Made by a program: the position numbers and the translations under genes. The notes beneath the pieces were generated by a model. That model was not told the origin of the DNA. It worked only from the letters and a program-made list of their open reading frames with translations, and searched no databases. A stretch of 64,000 nucleotides of DNA from an uncultured delta proteobacterium (GTDB taxonomy: Bacteria > Desulfobacterota > Syntrophobacteria > BM002). The DNA is taken from positions 32,001-96,000 of the forward strand of contig CAVQGX010000027.1 in the NCBI GenBank assembly GCA_963712115.1. Reading direction: 5' to 3'. Below are positions 60,869 to 64,000 of the stretch, one piece after another. Each line of letters opens with the position of its first letter. The first letter of the stretch is position 1.

Positions 60869-61932
60869 TGAAAATAGGCATTACCTATGACCTCCGAAAA
60901 GATTACCTGGTAGCGGGCTTCGGTGAGGAAGAGACCGCCGAGTTTGACTCGGAGGAAACCATTGCTGCCATTGACCGGGCTTTGCAAGATCTAGGGTACC
61001 GCACAGATCGCATAGGGAACATCAAGAGTCTCACCCGACGACTTGTTGCCGGGGATAGTTGGGATCTGGTTTTCAATATTGCCGAAGGTCTAAGGGGATT
61101 CGGCCGTGAAGCGCAAGTCCCGGCCCTGCTCGAAGCCCACGAAATACCGTATACATTTTCCGATCCCCTGGTACTGTCCCTCACTCTGCACAAAGGGATG
61201 GCCAAGCGCGTTGTCCGAGATTTAACCGTTCCCACGCCTGATTTCTTCCTGGTGGAGAACGAATCTGACCTACAGTTTATCGATCTTCCTTTTCCACTCT
61301 TTGCAAAACCAGTAGCCGAAGGTACCGGCAAGGGAGTCGATTCCGCCTCGAAAATTACCAATCGGAGAGATCTGCTATCCGTGTGCAGTCTCCTGCTGTC
61401 AAGGTACAAACAGCCTGTACTGGTTGAGACCTTTTTGCCAGGACGGGAAGTTACTGTGGGTATCCTGGGAACGGGAAAAGATGCAGCGGTCATTGGTGCT
61501 ATGGAAGTTGTTCTCCTAGAGAATGCTGAATCTGAAGTCTACTCGTACCGGAACAAGGAGAAGTGTGAGGAATTGGTGGAGTATCGTCCGGTCGATGGTG
61601 CTTTGCTAACAGAGGCGAGCAAGGTGGCCCTGCTTGCCTGGAGAGGCCTCGGCTGCCGGGATGCGGGCCGCCTCGATCTGCGTCAAGCTAAGGACGGCAC
61701 TCTCATGTTCATGGAGGTCAATCCCCTGGCCGGACTCCATCCCACCCATTCGGACCTATGCATCATCGCATCTCAGGTGGGAATTTCTTACAACGACTTG
61801 ATCCAGGCGATTGTTTCTTCGGCTTCGGCTCGCCACGGATTGAGGAGGAGAAGCTTTGAGGAGAAAAAAGGTCGGTATAGTTCACAACCAACCAGCCTCC
61901 CAAGGGCACGAAAATTGGGAAGCATCCATTGA
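60868..61932 (+). CDS. D-Ala-D-Ala ligase-like ATP-grasp protein (1)
   Basis: TGATG overlap with kamA. VFNIAEG, IPYTFSD, KPVAEGTGKG, ETFLPGRE, GRLDLR, EVNPLAG. Confidence 0.88.
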   Translation: MKIGITYDLRKDYLVAGFGEEETAEFDSEETIAAIDRALQDLGYRTDRIGNIKSLTRRLVAGDSWDLVFNIAEGLRGFGREAQVPALLEAHEIPYTFSDPLVLSLTLHKGMAKRVVRDLTVPTPDFFLVENESDLQFIDLPFPLFAKPVAEGTGKGVDSASKITNRRDLLSVCSLLLSRYKQPVLVETFLPGREVTVGILGTGKDAAVIGAMEVVLLENAESEVYSYRNKEKCEELVEYRPVDGALLTEASKVALLAWRGLGCRDAGRLDLRQAKDGTLMFMEVNPLAGLHPTHSDLCIIASQVGISYNDLIQAIVSSASARHGLRRRSFEEKKGRYSSQPTSLPRARKLGSIH

Positions 61933-62869
61933 CGTTATTGCCCAGGTGGAAGCCATTGAGAAGGCGCTCGAGGCTTTGGACCACTCGTCGGTGAGGATTC
62001 CCTTTACCCGTGATCTCCATGGCTTCACTCAGAGATTCAAGGAGCAAGTGGTGGACATCGTCTTCAATCTCTGTGAAACTGTTGATGAAGATCCCCACCT
62101 CGTCTGGCATGCAGCAGCCGTCTTTGAGCTCCTGAACGTGCCCTTCACCGGTTCTAATTCCGCAGCCCTGGTGCTTACCACCGACAAGCTTATTGGCAAA
62201 CGACTGCTGAAGGGCAGGCAAATCAGGACGCCCAATTATATAGCCTACAATGGCTCGCGGGAATTCAATACTGCCCTACTCAAATTTCCGGTGATCGTCA
62301 AACCGAGGTTTGAGGACGCAAGTATTGGTATTGATCAGGACTCGATCTTCGAAAATGACCAGGAACTTCGAGAAGGACTGAAACAGTTTTTGGACCGATT
62401 CGGCCCGCTATTGATAGAAGAATACATTCCGGGCAGGGAATTCAACCTAACTCTTTTGGGGTATCCGACGGCAAGTGTACTCCCCATAGGGGAGATCGAT
62501 TTTTCCGCTTTTCCCGAAGATCTTTACCCCATTGTCGGTTACCGGGCCAAATGGGATAAGGCTTCTTTCGAATACCACCATAGTCCCAGAAGGTTTCCAC
62601 AAGATCTAGCCCGGTCGTTGTCAAAAAAAATGGAGAGGGTGGCCCTCGAGTGTTTCCACCTCTTTATGGTGAGAGATTACGGACGAGTTGATCTGAGGGT
62701 TGATGACCAGGGCAAGATATATGTTCTCGAGGTGAACGGGAATCCTTGTCTGAGCCCTGATGCCGGCTTTGCCGCCTCGGCCCGAGAGTCGGGACTGGAC
62801 TATGGGGATATGATAGGCATGATCGTTGATTTTGCCATTCAAAGGGAAGAGGGCAGCACCACCCAGTGA
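61856..62869 (+). CDS. D-Ala-D-Ala ligase-like ATP-grasp protein (2)
   Basis: VFNLCE, VPFTGS, KPRFEDASIGI, EEYIPGREF, YGRVDLR, EVNGNP. Confidence 0.88.
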   Translation: MRRKKVGIVHNQPASQGHENWEASIDVIAQVEAIEKALEALDHSSVRIPFTRDLHGFTQRFKEQVVDIVFNLCETVDEDPHLVWHAAAVFELLNVPFTGSNSAALVLTTDKLIGKRLLKGRQIRTPNYIAYNGSREFNTALLKFPVIVKPRFEDASIGIDQDSIFENDQELREGLKQFLDRFGPLLIEEYIPGREFNLTLLGYPTASVLPIGEIDFSAFPEDLYPIVGYRAKWDKASFEYHHSPRRFPQDLARSLSKKMERVALECFHLFMVRDYGRVDLRVDDQGKIYVLEVNGNPCLSPDAGFAASARESGLDYGDMIGMIVDFAIQREEGSTTQ

Positions 62870-62908
62870 TGGTAAAGCCTGCGGCCTGTTAACGGGCGAA
62901 AGGGAAAA

Positions 62909-64000
62909 ATGTTTCGAATTCGTCGAATCTACGATGACACCTTGCCCGTGGATAAAGATGCCATTGTGCAGGTTCAGCAAATCTTGCTGGAGCAGTTTCC
63001 ATTATTGTGGAAGGAAAAAATCACCGAACTTACAGAGCAACTGCGGAACCCACTGAAATACCGGTTCAGGTCTATTCTTCTCGTTGCCGAAGGCGCACGG
63101 AATCGAGTCAAAGGCTTTGCTCTCCTTCAACACGCCCCAGACCTACAATTTTGCTATTTGGACTTCATGGCAGCAGGGCGGTGGCAGACGGGAGGTGGAG
63201 TCGGTGGCGGCCTCTATGAAAGGGTAAGGGAAGAAGCCTTCTCCATGAAGGCTGTTGGCCTTTTCTTCGAGTGTTTGCCCGATGACCAAACATTGTGTCG
63301 CGACCCGGAGATATTGAAACAAAATGTTGCCAGGCTCCGCTTCTATGAAAAATACGGAGCGCGGCCCATAGTGAACACGGCGTACGAGACACCACTCGGC
63401 CAGGACGATGACTGCCCACCCTATCTGGTCTGCGACAATCTCGGCAGAGACAAAACGTTGCGCCGCTACAAAATGAAAAGCATTGCGCAGGCCATACTCA
63501 GAAGAAAATACGGCGACTTGTGCCCTCCAAAATATATAAAGATGGTGGTAGAGTCCTTCAAAGACGACCCGGTCCGACTCAGAGGTCCCAGGTACGTAAA
63601 AGATGAACCTCCCATCGAGGTAAGGCCTGTCAGGTCCATTGAAAAGAGCATCGCCCTGGTTGTGAATGACAAGCACACCATTCACCACGTTCATAACCGA
63701 GGGTATGTGGAATCACCCGTGCGGATAAGGGCTATTCTAAGGGAAATTGAGCCAACTGGAATTTTTGAGAAGATAAAAGTTCGGCACTTTTCTGACAAAT
63801 ACATCAAAGCCGTTCATGACGGCCAGTTTGTGGAGTACCTGAAACGAGTGTGCAACCACCTTGAACCGGGAAAATCAGTATACCCTTATGTATTTCCCAT
63901 TCGAAATGTTGCTCGGCCCCCCAAGGTTTTACCGATCAGAGCGGGTTACTACTGCATCGACACCTTCACCCCACTGAACGAGAATGCTTACCTTGCGGCC
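62909..64000 (+). CDS. GNAT acetyltransferase - histone deacetylase/acetylpolyamine amidohydrolase family fusion (3'-truncated by the window; absent from the ORF track)
   Basis: Own translation: MFRIRRIYDD...CYLDFMAA...TGGGVGGGLYERVREEA...RLRFYEKYGA (GNAT), then GYVESPVRI...IKAVHD...FVEYL...GYYCIDTFTP (HDAC-family N-terminus). Frame open to base 64000. Confidence 0.82.
   Translation, partial: MFRIRRIYDDTLPVDKDAIVQVQQILLEQFPLLWKEKITELTEQLRNPLKYRFRSILLVAEGARNRVKGFALLQHAPDLQFCYLDFMAAGRWQTGGGVGGGLYERVREEAFSMKAVGLFFECLPDDQTLCRDPEILKQNVARLRFYEKYGARPIVNTAYETPLGQDDDCPPYLVCDNLGRDKTLRRYKMKSIAQAILRRKYGDLCPPKYIKMVVESFKDDPVRLRGPRYVKDEPPIEVRPVRSIEKSIALVVNDKHTIHHVHNRGYVESPVRIRAILREIEPTGIFEKIKVRHFSDKYIKAVHDGQFVEYLKRVCNHLEPGKSVYPYVFPIRNVARPPKVLPIRAGYYCIDTFTPLNENAYLAA

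Overview
This is a 64 kb bacterial chromosomal window. Gene content and sigma-54 promoters suggest an anaerobic deltaproteobacterium (Desulfobacterota-like); this is an inference. No rRNA, tRNA, CRISPR array, transposase or integrase was recognised. (1) About 5-38 kb is an accretion zone of Mg2+, osmotic and membrane-charge stress genes: corA, USP, two MscS, TerC, a MacAB-like ABC system, cls, acvB, ppa, sthA, a CNNM protein, mprF, mgtA, dedA and zntB. It is littered with truncated gene remnants (CDF transporter, dodecin, glycogen phosphorylase 3' end) and carries a 75-bp duplication of the ppa 3' end that brackets a 3.7-kb cassette. (2) About 42.5-58 kb looks like a c-di-AMP neighbourhood. 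It has two tandem CdaA-YbbR-type diadenylate cyclases behind a Pat-type acyl-CoA ligase/GNAT, a DHH phosphoesterase, an RCK-USP fusion with a CPA2 antiporter, a CBS-DUF47-PiT operon and YitT. (3) About 57-64 kb holds three sigma-54 promoters, each with the same upstream motif (ATCGGA-N7-GTTCTG) 52-53 bp away. They point at yitT, a DUF2914 gene, and an operon of a KamA-like radical SAM aminomutase, two divergent Ddl-like ATP-grasp ligases and a GNAT-deacetylase (HDAC-family) fusion. That operon is the best candidate for an undescribed beta-amino-acid peptide pathway. Intergenic spaces carry several MITE/REP-like families built from inverted 7-8-mer tandem repeats. Several single-base +1 frameshifts look like long-read errors.
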